From the IMG/VR virus record IMGVR_UViG_3300006931_000002, positions 32,001 to 96,000 of that record: 64,000 nucleotides of DNA; one strand, given 5' to 3'. The notes beneath the pieces were generated by a model. That model was not told the DNA's origin. It made no database searches and saw only the letters and a program-made list of their open reading frames with translations. The stretch comes from a virus. The position numbers were made by a program, and so were the translations under genes. This document shows positions 9,082 through 18,796 of this stretch, piece by piece. Numbering within the stretch: position 1 is the first letter of the stretch; every line of letters starts with the position of its first letter.

Positions 9082-9431
9082 GCCGCCACCGGCTCTCGGA
9101 GCGTGGCGACCTGCACCCATGGCATCCAGATCGGCACCGCGTTGGCGTCCAGCTTCCAGGCGATATCCCACAAACCCGGTGTCAAGGCGCCGGCCGTGTA
9201 GCCGTCGGCTAGCCAGTCACCCGGCGGATCGGACCACCAGTGGTCGAACGCGCACCATGACGCCGGGTCCAACGTGGAACGCAACAGTCCGCCGTAGGTC
9301 TGTGGCACCCGGCACCACGGCGTTGCCCCGTCGGCAAGTCCCGGGCAGTACGGGGTGATCTCCAGGTCGCCGTGCGGGTCCTCGGCGACAAGGACCCTGT
9401 GATCGTCGAACTGCCAGGCGAACAGGCTCAT
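9078..9431 (-). CDS. hypothetical phage protein
   Basis: ATGA-coupled. Confidence 0.55.
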   Translation of the reverse strand: MSLFAWQFDDHRVLVAEDPHGDLEITPYCPGLADGATPWCRVPQTYGGLLRSTLDPASWCAFDHWWSDPPGDWLADGYTAGALTPGLWDIAWKLDANAVPIWMPWVQVATLREPVAA

Positions 9432-9664
9432 GCGGCCACCGCCGTCTCGATGACGAAGCGGGCCACCGTCCGCCTGCCTGAGACCACCCGGCCTGTGCCG
9501 GTGACGGGGTCGAGTAGCACCTCAATGTCGCCGAGCACCGACGGCCAGACGTGGTTGCGGATCGCGTCCTCAATCTCGCGCGGGCTGTCTCCAATCGAGA
9601 CCATCAGCGGGAGGATCGGACGGCGGGAACCGGTGAACGTCACCATCGCGGGGTAGGCGCCCAT
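9428..9664 (-). CDS. hypothetical phage protein
   Basis: TGATG-coupled. Confidence 0.5.
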   Translation of the reverse strand: MGAYPAMVTFTGSRRPILPLMVSIGDSPREIEDAIRNHVWPSVLGDIEVLLDPVTGTGRVVSGRRTVARFVIETAVAA

Positions 9665-9855
9665 CAGGCACTCCGCCGGGCGTCGTCGAGTTCGCAGGCC
9701 CTGACCCACAGGGCTGTGGCCCGGTCGCCGCCGGCCTCGTCGAACAGGGCATCACACAGGTCGTCGCGCAGTGTGCCGGGGCTCATCGCCGCGAAGTCGA
9801 CGGCCAGCGCGGCGACGATCGCCTCATCGGACAGCCGCTCCAGGAAGGCGCTCAC
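9664..9855 (-). CDS. hypothetical phage protein
   Basis: GTGA-coupled. Confidence 0.5.
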   Translation of the reverse strand: MSAFLERLSDEAIVAALAVDFAAMSPGTLRDDLCDALFDEAGGDRATALWVRACELDDARRSA

Positions 9856-10271
9856 GCCGCCACCGCCCCACGGCGCAGCAGGCAGGAGTCCTCCAGATGC
9901 CACCGCCACACGAGGTCGGCCTTCTCCCGGCTCCAGCCGCGCGAGAACGCGCCACAGGGACAGACGACCATCCACAGGCCGTCCGAGTCGGGCAGCAGAC
10001 CGCCGGTCGACTCCTCGATGACCCGTTCGTGCCGGTGGCCCCGTCCCCACGCCTCAACCTGCTGACGGTCAGCCGCGACTGGGGTCAGCGCACCGCAGGC
10101 GCAGCGGGCCTGCCACAGAGATGACGGCTGTTCGTACACGTCGATGATTCGGCCTGAGTCCGGGTCGATCTCGATGCCGACCTTGACCGGGGCCGCTTCC
10201 AACGGCCAGTAGTGAAACCGGTGGGCGCGGCGAACCTCGTCTGGTGTGGGGGCGACGACGGTGGCGCCCAT
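9852..10271 (-). CDS. hypothetical protein with two CxCG..W..H motifs
   Basis: WQARCACG..WGRGH and WMVVCPCG..WRWH. Confidence 0.55.
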   Translation of the reverse strand: MGATVVAPTPDEVRRAHRFHYWPLEAAPVKVGIEIDPDSGRIIDVYEQPSSLWQARCACGALTPVAADRQQVEAWGRGHRHERVIEESTGGLLPDSDGLWMVVCPCGAFSRGWSREKADLVWRWHLEDSCLLRRGAVAA

Positions 10272-10615
10272 CAGGCCACCCCCGCCGGGTCGCTGTCGAG
10301 CCGCCCGCCGGGCGCAGCATTCCGGGCCTCGGTCTCTGCGCACAGCAGCGGCCAGTTGTGCGCGAGCCCCAGCATGTTGATGCTGTCCGCTTTCCAGTAG
10401 GCAGCCATCAGCAGCGCGCTGGCCGTCGCCTCGGGCATCGACGCGGCCTCCCGGTGGTCGAACCCGTAATCGTCTGGGAACTCGAAGAAGCGGTGCCACG
10501 TCTCGTCGATGCGGTCCGCGTCGTCGGCGTGGGAACGCTGGTGAGCGGCGATGATCAGACTGGCGAAGGATTCGTTACGCAACGCCTTCGACGCCTGGAA
10601 GTCGGCGAGGCTCAC
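10271..10615 (-). CDS. hypothetical phage protein (internally duplicated)
   Basis: FASLIIAAHQRSHADD / ASALLMAAYWKADSIN; ARNAAPGG. Confidence 0.6.
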   Translation of the reverse strand: MSLADFQASKALRNESFASLIIAAHQRSHADDADRIDETWHRFFEFPDDYGFDHREAASMPEATASALLMAAYWKADSINMLGLAHNWPLLCAETEARNAAPGGRLDSDPAGVA

Positions 10616-10938
10616 CGGGCCACCTCGACGGGCTCGTAGTCCTCGGTGACCCCGTACGGGGCGATCGGGAACACGTCCTCAGCCGGGGCCGGCGGCCAGA
10701 ACACGACGGTCAGCCGATCGATGACGGCCAGCAACTCGTCGTTGCCGTGAGCCAGGTCCCGGGCCCGTTCCGGCAGATCCCAGCGGTAGCCGTCCAAGTC
10801 CACGCCGTCCGGGCAGGTCGCCTCGGTGTAGATCGCGAACGGGTCGACCCCGCCCGAGATGACGGCGATCAGCGCCGCGTCGTGCGGGTCAACGGCGGCC
10901 AGGCCGGCGAGTGCTGGTTGGTCGGTGGTGACGGTCAC
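10612..10938 (-). CDS. hypothetical protein, first gene of leftward operon
   Basis: RBS GAGGGGG. Confidence 0.55.
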   Translation of the reverse strand: MTVTTDQPALAGLAAVDPHDAALIAVISGGVDPFAIYTEATCPDGVDLDGYRWDLPERARDLAHGNDELLAVIDRLTVVFWPPAPAEDVFPIAPYGVTEDYEPVEVAR

Positions 10939-10987
10939 AAAGCCCCCCTCTGCTCACGGCCCGTTCGGTCCGGGCCATGGCAGCATG

Positions 10988-11014
10988 TTCCCATACATTC
11001 CTTGATCGATCAAG
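10988..11014 (-). promoter_or_regulatory. conserved promoter/operator copy 1 (TTGATCGATCAAGGAATGTATGGGAA)
   Basis: 25/26 identical to 34698-34723; contains perfect palindrome CTTGATCGATCAAG. Confidence 0.75.
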
Positions 11015-11101
11015 TCAGCTCTAGGTAGCGGCCCGTCCGTGTGGCATGCTTGCCATACTGTAGGAACATAGAGGAACATGCCGCAGCGAGAGGGGGAAGC
11101 G

Positions 11102-11620
11102 ATGGCACTCCAGCGACGCACCCCCATGCCTCGCGGCGGCCCACTACGGCAGATCTCCGCCAGGCGCGAGGCACAGCACGACGGGCCGCTCTGGTCGACG
11201 CTCACCCGGTCCGAACTGCACCGATGCGCCGAACCTAGGCGCCTCACGGCACCTAGGTGGAAGACCGCCAAGCCCACGCCCGACCCGGTCACCACCGACG
11301 TGCGGGCCATCGTCCGCCGCCGCTCAGGTGGCCGCTGCGAACTGTGCGGAACCGTCCTACAGCCCGGCCACAGTTCGATACAGCACCGGCAGCGCCGAGG
11401 CCATGGCGACCACACCGTCACGAACCTGCTCGACGTCTGCGGCAGGGATGCGGGCGAAGGCTGCCACGCACTTTGTGATCGTTCGCCGCGTCGTTTCGAC
11501 GAGGGCTGGTCGGTCCGCTCGTGGCTGGACCCGGCCTCACAGCCTGTGCTGCTCGTGGGTGGCCGGCGGGTGCTGCTGACCACGGACGGCGGCTACGAGG
11601 CGGTGTCGATGCCGCCCTGA
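11102..11620 (+). CDS. HNH endonuclease
   Basis: RSGGRCELCG...QHRQRRGHG...NLLDVCG...GCH. Confidence 0.8.
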   Translation: MALQRRTPMPRGGPLRQISARREAQHDGPLWSTLTRSELHRCAEPRRLTAPRWKTAKPTPDPVTTDVRAIVRRRSGGRCELCGTVLQPGHSSIQHRQRRGHGDHTVTNLLDVCGRDAGEGCHALCDRSPRRFDEGWSVRSWLDPASQPVLLVGGRRVLLTTDGGYEAVSMPP

Positions 11621-11626
11621 ACAGCA

Positions 11627-11664
11627 AGAAGCCCGGCCACTCGGGGGGAAGCGGCCGGGCTTCT
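11627..11664 (+). terminator. stem-loop, possible terminator
   Basis: AGAAGCCCGGCC...GGCCGGGCTTCT. Confidence 0.5.
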
Positions 11665-11723
11665 GCGGGACGTCAACCCGGTTCCCGCCGGGCCAACTAC
11701 TCACACGCTATGGAGACAATACC

Positions 11724-12158
11724 ATGGCACGACCCGATTTGGGCCCAGAAAGCTGGGATCCGCCATCACGCCGCGACGCCGAGAAGGTTGCCGCAGCCCT
11801 GCACAGGTGGCGTGAGCGCGAGAAGTCCTTCTCGCGCAGCGCAGAAGAAATCCTCCACATCTGGGAGTCCGCCGACCTCATCGGGAACGACCTAGACCGC
11901 TATCGCGCACGGCCGTGGGAAGTGCTCGACGACCGCGGCGGAGAGTTCTGGCCGCCACTTCCGGACGATGACCGCGCCCACTCGATCATCTGGGGTTGGT
12001 TGCGAGCGGGCCTCGACGAAGACTTCCTCAAGCGAATCATGCTGCCACTCCGTAAGTCGACGGAGATCGACGACGCAGACAAGTGGGCCCACTACACCAC
12101 CGTTGTCGAGTCCGCCCTTTCCGCCTTTCGGCAGGAAGCGGCCGGCGAGGACCGGTGA
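11724..12158 (+). CDS. hypothetical protein
   Basis: Protein-like ORF coupled (GTGA) to the initiator gene. Confidence 0.55.
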   Translation: MARPDLGPESWDPPSRRDAEKVAAALHRWREREKSFSRSAEEILHIWESADLIGNDLDRYRARPWEVLDDRGGEFWPPLPDDDRAHSIIWGWLRAGLDEDFLKRIMLPLRKSTEIDDADKWAHYTTVVESALSAFRQEAAGEDR

Positions 12159-13312
12159 GCGAGTGGAAATGGGTGATCGAGCGGGCGGTGACCTGCCGCC
12201 CGAACCGCGAGGACCCGCCACTTCCCGAGCCGCTTCCCAGCACGTGTCGGCTAGTGATGCTCGCGCTGTTGTCGCTCACTGTTTCTGATGCCGTGATCCG
12301 CGAGGACCGTCAGCCGTCACTGGGCGAGCTGGCAGGCATGGTGGGGATGAGTAAGGACGCCGTCAGCAGTGCCCTGAACTACTTGGAGGGCCGGCGCCCG
12401 CGGAAGGACGAGAAGGGTCGGCAGCGATGGACCGACACGGCCGGCAGGTCGATGCCAGTTGTCGCTGGCATGGACGTGTGGATCGTGCGGCATCGGCCTG
12501 CTACGGCAAAGTCGCTCGGCGAAGGGGAGACGACCCGCTACGAGCTTCTGCACCCGTGCGCCAAGTCTCCTGCCGGCACGGTCAGTAGTCCGGGAGCCGG
12601 ACAGGGTGTAGTCTGGGAGCCGGACAGGGTTGCCGACCCGGCAGTAGCCCGGGAGCCGGACACCCCTAGTCCGATTCCCGGACAGGGTGAACGGTCCAAC
12701 ACCCCGTCCGGTTCCCCGGTGCCCCTAGTCCGGGGAACGGACACCCCTAGTCCGGGAAACGGACACATTCCTTATCCAGACTGTAAAGACCTTCTAGACC
12801 AGGACAGCGCGACTTCGCGCGCCCCCATCCCGGCAGATGATCAGAATCAAGAAGCGCAGGCCACACTGCCCTTCGGACTGGCCGCCGTCGCCGCCACGGC
12901 TCAGACGCCACCCGCGTCCAAGACGGCAGCGCCGAGGAAGAAGTCTGGATCAAGGTCCGCGAAACCCCTCAGCGAACAAGGTTTGATCGCCAAGGGCATC
13001 GTGGACGAGTGGTGGGCTCGCCAGAGTCCGCGACCGGCATCACAGAAGTTCTGGCCAATCCTGAGAATCGTTGAAGGTCATCTCAAGGCGGGATGGACGG
13101 CCGAACAGACTTCACGGGCTCTCGACGACTGCATCACCGCCGGCTTTGCGATCACCATCAACACTTTCGAGCGTGCCCTACGGCAGCCCGGCAAGGTCAT
13201 CCAGATGCCGGCTCGTAACGCGGCTGGCTACCAGCCGTACCGCGACCCCGAAGACGAGTCGATCTACAACTACAGCTCGACGCCTGCTACCCGGGAGGCG
13301 AGCGGCCAGTGA
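12155..13312 (+). CDS. phage replication initiator (lambda O-like, N-terminal wHTH)
   Basis: PSLGELAGMVGMSKDAVSSALNYLE HTH; internal iterons; directly upstream of loader and DnaB. Confidence 0.75.
   Translation: MSEWKWVIERAVTCRPNREDPPLPEPLPSTCRLVMLALLSLTVSDAVIREDRQPSLGELAGMVGMSKDAVSSALNYLEGRRPRKDEKGRQRWTDTAGRSMPVVAGMDVWIVRHRPATAKSLGEGETTRYELLHPCAKSPAGTVSSPGAGQGVVWEPDRVADPAVAREPDTPSPIPGQGERSNTPSGSPVPLVRGTDTPSPGNGHIPYPDCKDLLDQDSATSRAPIPADDQNQEAQATLPFGLAAVAATAQTPPASKTAAPRKKSGSRSAKPLSEQGLIAKGIVDEWWARQSPRPASQKFWPILRIVEGHLKAGWTAEQTSRALDDCITAGFAITINTFERALRQPGKVIQMPARNAAGYQPYRDPEDESIYNYSSTPATREASGQ
12586..12765 (+). repeat. six 18-bp iterons, candidate origin
   Basis: TAGTCCG-N5-CGGACA consensus at 12586, 12609, 12645, 12667, 12726, 12748. 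Confidence 0.8.
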
Positions 13313-13983
13313 ACACCTCCGACGCTCTCACCGCGGCCCTTGGTGCCCTGCCTGCTGGCATCACCGTCCCGGACGTCGCCGACTCGGCGCGGCTCGTCGA
13401 CCCGGCCGAGATCCGCGCCGACCAGATCGCCGAACGCCTCTCCGAACTGATCCCGCCGCTGTGGACGGACGCCACAGCCAGCCACCCAGACATTGCCGCA
13501 TGGGCCGATCGTGTGGCCGCCGGTGACACCTGCTCGCTGCTGCTCGTCGGGCTCGTGGGTCGCGGTAAGAGCCACCAGGCGTATGGAGCGCTTCGCCGAA
13601 TCGTGGAGCGGTCATGGCCCCGCTCCTTGTCGATCGTCGCCGGCCCAGCGCCGGATCTTCTCGACGATGCCCGCCCGTCTCCGGGTGTAGATGGCCGCGA
13701 GGTGATCCGCCGCTACCGGGAAGCCGACGTTCTGATGTTGGACGACGTCGGCGCCGAGAAGGGCTCCGACTGGGTTGGCGAACAACTCTACCGGATCTTG
13801 GACTACCGGTATCGCTACCTGCGGCCCACGCTCGTCGTGTCGAACCTTCCCCCGGAGGCACCCCGGGAAGCGAACATCCACACGCTGGCGGCTCATCTCG
13901 GCGACCGGCTGTTCTCGCGGCTCTGCCAGATGTGTCAGACGGTCGTCATCACCGGCCCAGACCGCCGCCGGGCGGCCCGGTGA
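13309..13983 (+). CDS. DnaC/IstB-like helicase loader ATPase
   Basis: GLVGRGKS, LMLDDVGAE, YRILDYRY..PTLVVSN, GDRLFSRL, GPDRR. Confidence 0.88.
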   Translation: MNTSDALTAALGALPAGITVPDVADSARLVDPAEIRADQIAERLSELIPPLWTDATASHPDIAAWADRVAAGDTCSLLLVGLVGRGKSHQAYGALRRIVERSWPRSLSIVAGPAPDLLDDARPSPGVDGREVIRRYREADVLMLDDVGAEKGSDWVGEQLYRILDYRYRYLRPTLVVSNLPPEAPREANIHTLAAHLGDRLFSRLCQMCQTVVITGPDRRRAAR

Positions 13984-15299
13984 CTGACACGCTGCCGCAC
14001 GACATTCCCGCGGAACAGGCCCTACTCGGCGGCATGCTGGCGTTCCCTGCTGCGATGGCTGATGCGGTTGAGCTGGTCAAGGGCGAGCACTTCTACCGGC
14101 CGGCACACCAGACCGTGTTCGACGTCCTCGTCGACATGTTCACCGAAGGGCAGCCGACCGGCACAGTTGCCGCCGCCGCTGAACTGGCCACCCGGGATTT
14201 GCTCGGCAAGGTCGGCGGCCATGACTACCTCCACACCTTGGAAGCATCGGCAACGACCGCGGCGAACACCACGCACTTCGCGCGAATCGTCGTCGACCGG
14301 GCAACCCGTCGACGCCTCGCCGAGGCCGGTGTCGCCGTCCAACAACTCGCCCTCGGCCCCGGCGCGGACGCCGACGAACTAGTCGACCGCGCGCAGACGG
14401 CCGTCTTCGCCGTCTCAGAAAGCCGTCAGGACGAGACAGCCCGGACGGTGGGGGATCTGCTTCCTGACACGCTGGCGGCGCTGGAAACGCCGCTTGACGG
14501 GCCGCAGGGTGTCATGACGGGCATCGCCGACTTGGACGAGGCCACGCAGGGTCTGCGCCCCGGGCAGGTCTGGGTGATCGGCGCGCGGCCGTCGGTCGGG
14601 AAGTCAACACTGGCACTCGGCATCGCTGCGCATGCGGCCATCCGCCAGAAGATCCCCACCGTCTACTTCTCGCTGGAGATGCCCGCCGCGGACCTCATGC
14701 AACGCCTACTGGCAGCCGAGGCCGGCGTGTCGCTGACTGCTTTGCAGAAGCACACCCTGTCAGAAGCCGACTGGGATCGGGTCGCCCACCGGATCGGCCC
14801 CATCACCCAGGCGCCGCTTGTCATCGACGATGCGAGCGCGGTCACGGTCGCCGAGATTCGGGCGAAGGCCCGGCGGATGTGCCAGCGCGACGGGCTCGGT
14901 CTGCTGGTCCTCGACTACCTCCAACTGGTCACGCCCGATGGCAGGTCGGAGAACCGGCAGCAGGCGGTAGCGGCGATGTCGATCGCCATGAGGACTCTGG
15001 CGAAGGATCTCGGCATCGTCGTGGTCGAGGTGGTCCAGTTGAACCGGGCCGTCGAGGGTCGTGCTGAGCGTCACCCGCAGTCGTCGGACATCCGGGAGAC
15101 GGGGCAGATCGAACAGGATGCCTACGGGATTGTGCTGCTGCATCGCGAGGACATGCACAATTCGATGTCGCCGCGGGCCGGGGAAATCGACCTGATCGTC
15201 GACAAGAACCGTGGCGGTGTCCGGGGAACCGTGTCGGCGGTCTATCAGGGTCACTATGCGCGGATTGTTGGAATGGCCCCCGATTGGGCGGATGGTTAG
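13980..15299 (+). CDS. dnaB: replicative DNA helicase DnaB
   Basis: PHDIPAEQALLG, GARPSVGKS, FSLEM, LDYLQL, QLNR, SDIRETGQIEQDA, KNRGG. Confidence 0.95.
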   Translation: MTDTLPHDIPAEQALLGGMLAFPAAMADAVELVKGEHFYRPAHQTVFDVLVDMFTEGQPTGTVAAAAELATRDLLGKVGGHDYLHTLEASATTAANTTHFARIVVDRATRRRLAEAGVAVQQLALGPGADADELVDRAQTAVFAVSESRQDETARTVGDLLPDTLAALETPLDGPQGVMTGIADLDEATQGLRPGQVWVIGARPSVGKSTLALGIAAHAAIRQKIPTVYFSLEMPAADLMQRLLAAEAGVSLTALQKHTLSEADWDRVAHRIGPITQAPLVIDDASAVTVAEIRAKARRMCQRDGLGLLVLDYLQLVTPDGRSENRQQAVAAMSIAMRTLAKDLGIVVVEVVQLNRAVEGRAERHPQSSDIRETGQIEQDAYGIVLLHREDMHNSMSPRAGEIDLIVDKNRGGVRGTVSAVYQGHYARIVGMAPDWADG

Positions 15300-15301
15300 A
15301 T

Positions 15302-16960
15302 ATGATAGGGACTATGGGGGCCACGCTTTTCGGGTCCGAAGGCTGGGGTGAGTCGTCCAGCCTCCTGGCGCTGAGGGACTACCAAGAGGCGGCGATCGAC
15401 GCCGTCACGTCCACATGGGATCGGGGCGTGCTGCGGCCCGCGGTTGTGCTTGCCACCGGTGGAGGCAAGACCGTAATTTTCTCCCATCTGACGGCACGGC
15501 AGCCGGAGCGGACGCTTATCCTTGCGCACCGCCAGGAGTTGGTGTTCCAAGCCGCAGGGAAGCTCTCCGATGTCGCGCCGCATATGCATGTGGGCGTGGA
15601 GATGGCGGAGAGTAGCGCCCACGGCGCCCATGCTGTTGTGGCCTCGGTGCAGACGTTGGCGTCGGAGAAGCGCCGTGCGGCATGGTCGCGGAACGCCTTC
15701 GGCCAGGTGATTGTCGACGAAGCGCACCATGCCGTGGCGCCGACGTATCGGCAGGTGCTCGACTACTTCGGTTGCTTTGACCGCACTCGGGCGGTGGGGT
15801 TCACGGCGACGCTGGCGCGTGGTGATGGCGCCGGGCTTGGCGAGGTGTGGCAGGAGGTTGCCTTCGAGCGCGGCATCGAACCGATGATCGCCGATGGCTG
15901 GCTTGTCCGGCCATGCGGCAAGGTGATTCCGCTCGAAGGTCTCGATTTCTCGAAGGTCACACAGTCCCGCGGGGATCTGGCAGCTGGTTCGCTCGGCGAC
16001 CATCTGATGGAGATCGGGTTTGCGGAGCATGTAGCAGCGGCTTACCGGGAGCACGGTGGCGAGCGGCAGGGCATCGTCTTTACTCCGACCGTTGCGACTG
16101 CGCAGGCGGCGGCTGGCGCGCTGAACGCGGCTGGCGTCACCGCCGAGGCGGTGTGGGGCGAGATGGACCCGGATGACCGGCGTCGGGTCATCGCCAAGTT
16201 CAAGGCGGGAGACCTCCAGACTCTGGTCAATTGCATGATCTTGACCGAGGGCTTCGACGCGCCGCAGGCGTCATGCTTGGTAGTGGCCCGGCCAACCAAG
16301 TCTGCGCCGCTCTACCAGCAGATGCTGGGAAGGGTCCTTCGCCCGTCTCCGGGTAAGACTGATGCGCTGGTCCTTGACATCGTTGGCATCTCGAAGAACA
16401 TCAAGATTCGCACGCTCAAGGACCTGTCGTTGCGCCCGGCGAAGAAGTTTGGGGAAGTCGGCGAACGGGGCGAAGGTGGCGGCGCGGAGGCCGAAGACGT
16501 CGAGACGCTGACCCATGGCGTTGTCGAGGAAGTCTCGCTGTTCGAGGAATCGAACCGGCTCTGGCTGCGGACGAAGGGCGGCCACTGGTTCATCCCTGCC
16601 GGCGGCGGGTTCGTCTTCCTGCGCCCGTGGCCGAACGGGGCGGGCTATTCGGTGGGCTGGTTCGGCCGGTACGACGACCAGCCGAAGCTGATCCAGAAGG
16701 TGACCGACTTGGGCTATGCGATGGCCCGCGGCGAGTCGGCGGCCGAGGAAGCGGACCGCATGTCGGGTCAGTTCCGGTCGTCGATGCGGGATGCCCGGTG
16801 GCGGGGCGAGTTGGCGCCGTCGAACAGGCAGTTGGAGACGGCGGCGAAGATGCGGATCAAGGTTCCGCGCGGCGCGACGGCGGGTCAGGTCTCGGATCTG
16901 ATCACGGTGAAGCTCGCTTCGTCGCGGGTGGATGGCTATTTCAGAACGCGCGCGGCGTGA
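15302..16960 (+). CDS. SF2 DEAH helicase
   Basis: LRDYQ, ATGGGKT, DEAHH, FTAT, LTEGFD, QMLGRVLR. Confidence 0.92.
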   Translation: MIGTMGATLFGSEGWGESSSLLALRDYQEAAIDAVTSTWDRGVLRPAVVLATGGGKTVIFSHLTARQPERTLILAHRQELVFQAAGKLSDVAPHMHVGVEMAESSAHGAHAVVASVQTLASEKRRAAWSRNAFGQVIVDEAHHAVAPTYRQVLDYFGCFDRTRAVGFTATLARGDGAGLGEVWQEVAFERGIEPMIADGWLVRPCGKVIPLEGLDFSKVTQSRGDLAAGSLGDHLMEIGFAEHVAAAYREHGGERQGIVFTPTVATAQAAAGALNAAGVTAEAVWGEMDPDDRRRVIAKFKAGDLQTLVNCMILTEGFDAPQASCLVVARPTKSAPLYQQMLGRVLRPSPGKTDALVLDIVGISKNIKIRTLKDLSLRPAKKFGEVGERGEGGGAEAEDVETLTHGVVEEVSLFEESNRLWLRTKGGHWFIPAGGGFVFLRPWPNGAGYSVGWFGRYDDQPKLIQKVTDLGYAMARGESAAEEADRMSGQFRSSMRDARWRGELAPSNRQLETAAKMRIKVPRGATAGQVSDLITVKLASSRVDGYFRTRAA

Positions 16961-17003
16961 GTTCTGCGTCGGCCAGACGAGTAGACGAGAAGGGTAGTGG
17001 ACG

Positions 17004-17531
17004 ATGGCCGGAGAAACGAGCATCACTGTGGTTGGCACGCTAACCGCCGATCCGGAGGTTCGGTTTCTGCCGAACGGAAACGCGGTGTGCAACTTCACGA
17101 TCGCGTCGAACGCGCGGACGTTCGACCGACAGGCGAACCAGTGGAAGGACGAGCCTCCGCTGTTCCTTCGCTGCTCGGTATGGCGTGACCTTGCCGAACA
17201 CTGCGCGGAGAGCTTGGCCAAGGGCGTTCGTGTGATCGCGCAGGGGAATTTGAAGATGCGCCCGTACGAGAAGGACGGGCAGAAGCGGTCGTCGACCGAG
17301 TTGGATGTGCAGGCGATCGGTCCTGAGCTTCGGTTTGCGACGGCGCGGGTACAGAAGGCGGACCGTGGCGGTCCGGGGCAGAACTCGGGCTACGACGGGC
17401 AGGCGCCGCAGCAGGGTTATGGCCAGCAGTCGCAGCGTCCGGCGCAGGGCTACGGCCAGCAGGGTCCGGCACCCGCGGACGACCCGTGGTCGCAGCCTGC
17501 GGGCGGCTATTCTGATCAGCCTCCCTTCTAG
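17004..17531 (+). CDS. ssb: single-stranded DNA-binding protein
   Basis: [18 protein letters not shown]; C-terminal DQPPF. Confidence 0.95.
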   Translation: MAGETSITVVGTLTADPEVRFLPNGNAVCNFTIASNARTFDRQANQWKDEPPLFLRCSVWRDLAEHCAESLAKGVRVIAQGNLKMRPYEKDGQKRSSTELDVQAIGPELRFATARVQKADRGGPGQNSGYDGQAPQQGYGQQSQRPAQGYGQQGPAPADDPWSQPAGGYSDQPPF

Positions 17532-17539
17532 GTCAGCCC

Positions 17540-17866
17540 ATGGCCGAGAACATCGAAATCCCCATCTACCATCGGGGCGAGTGGTCTGGATCTACAACGA
17601 TCACCAGCCTCGGCTTCCGTAGCGGAGCGGAGACACCCCACTCGCTCGACTGGGATCTGGTCCTGTTTTTGGACAGCGAGCACAATGGAATGTGCCTGTC
17701 GATTTACGGTCGAAGCGGCTCCCCGGAGTACGTCATCACCCTTGGCGACTCCGGGGAGCGTGCGAACGAAAGTGCGACACCTGTTGCAGCAGGTGTGGAT
17801 ATGGCCGACGCGCTTGACCTGATCGTCCGGTGGGCGCCAGCCGTTCCCCCGGGTGGGAGGTCATGA
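17540..17866 (+). CDS. hypothetical protein
   Basis: ORF in operon. Confidence 0.5.
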   Translation: MAENIEIPIYHRGEWSGSTTITSLGFRSGAETPHSLDWDLVLFLDSEHNGMCLSIYGRSGSPEYVITLGDSGERANESATPVAAGVDMADALDLIVRWAPAVPPGGRS

Positions 17867-18306
17867 TGGCTGGGGTCACGCCACGCATCTGCCTAGACTG
17901 TGGCGTGGACAAGCCGTACGACGAATTCTGGATCGCGCACCCATTGCCAGGCGGACCGGAGTTTTGGGAACGGTGCCGTGACTGCCGCCAAAAGGTGTGG
18001 TTCGCGTCCAGTTTGGCCTATGTACTCGCACACCGCTGCCCGGCCTGCCATGCCGAGCCCGGCAACGACTGCCACTCGCCAGGCAAGCGGGCGAGGCAAC
18101 GCAGACTGGCGGAACTGCTTGCCCACGCGGGTCGTGAGTTTCACGAAGACCCGGACGTGGTCCGGATGGGCCTACAGCACGCGAGCCGGCAAAGCGCGGG
18201 AGGCAGACACCACAATCGCGACGTGATGGCCGCCCCGTGGCCGGAGCAGCGCGACCCGGACCGGTGCTACAGCACGATTGATCTGGCGATTGGTGATGCC
18301 CGGTGA
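17863..18306 (+). CDS. Zn-finger protein
   Basis: CLDC, CRDC, CPACHAEPGNDC. Confidence 0.6.
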   Translation: MMAGVTPRICLDCGVDKPYDEFWIAHPLPGGPEFWERCRDCRQKVWFASSLAYVLAHRCPACHAEPGNDCHSPGKRARQRRLAELLAHAGREFHEDPDVVRMGLQHASRQSAGGRHHNRDVMAAPWPEQRDPDRCYSTIDLAIGDAR

Positions 18307-18530
18307 GAACTCCCGAGCCTTTCAGGCGAGAGCACTACTGCCCGATGACTGAGGTTGCTCCGCCTAGGGAACTTCGGTTGCGGCATCACGAGCACTGTGC
18401 CGTGTTTACCGCTCCGACCGGGCTGAAGATCACTGTTATTGCCGAAGGCGGCTCCGGCTCCGGCAAGTCGGTGACTCTCGGCGCGATCACCGACCTGCTG
18501 ACCTCACTCCCAGAAGGTTTCTTCCTATGA
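18303..18530 (+). CDS. small protein with isolated P-loop-like motif
   Basis: EGGSGSGKS. Confidence 0.45.
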   Translation: MRTPEPFRREHYCPMTEVAPPRELRLRHHEHCAVFTAPTGLKITVIAEGGSGSGKSVTLGAITDLLTSLPEGFFL

Positions 18531-18796
18531 CCGTCGAACCCGAACGCGCGTCGGAGCGGAGCGCACCGATCTCCAGCGGCCTACGCGACATCCTCGCCGC
18601 GTCAGTAGGCCAGAAGATTCCCGGCGGTTGCGAAACCTGCGACGCCTACCAGCGGATGGAAGGCGTCGACGGAGTATGGCTCCTCCGCGTCTACCACGAC
18701 GACTGGTGCTCGGAGCTTGCCCGGCGCGAGTCGTCTACCTGTGCAGGGAACCGCTCGGGTGACCCGCGTAAGCGCCACCCGAAGGGCCCCCGATGA
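18527..18796 (+). CDS. hypothetical Zn-binding protein
   Basis: IPGGCETCDAYQ...HDDWC. Confidence 0.6.
   Translation: MTVEPERASERSAPISSGLRDILAASVGQKIPGGCETCDAYQRMEGVDGVWLLRVYHDDWCSELARRESSTCAGNRSGDPRKRHPKGPR

Noticed and set aside
12586-12765. CRISPR array
   Set aside because: Repeats are 18 bp with gaps of 4-41 nt inside a coding gene; iteron pattern
13614-13979. N-terminal extension of DnaB in the ORF track (likewise extensions of 19345, 35233, 48769, 50426)
   Set aside because: Overlaps upstream genes; coupled or RBS-supported downstream starts fit family N-termini
18303-18530. ATPase call from GGSGSGKS
   Set aside because: 75 aa with no Walker B; at most a fragment
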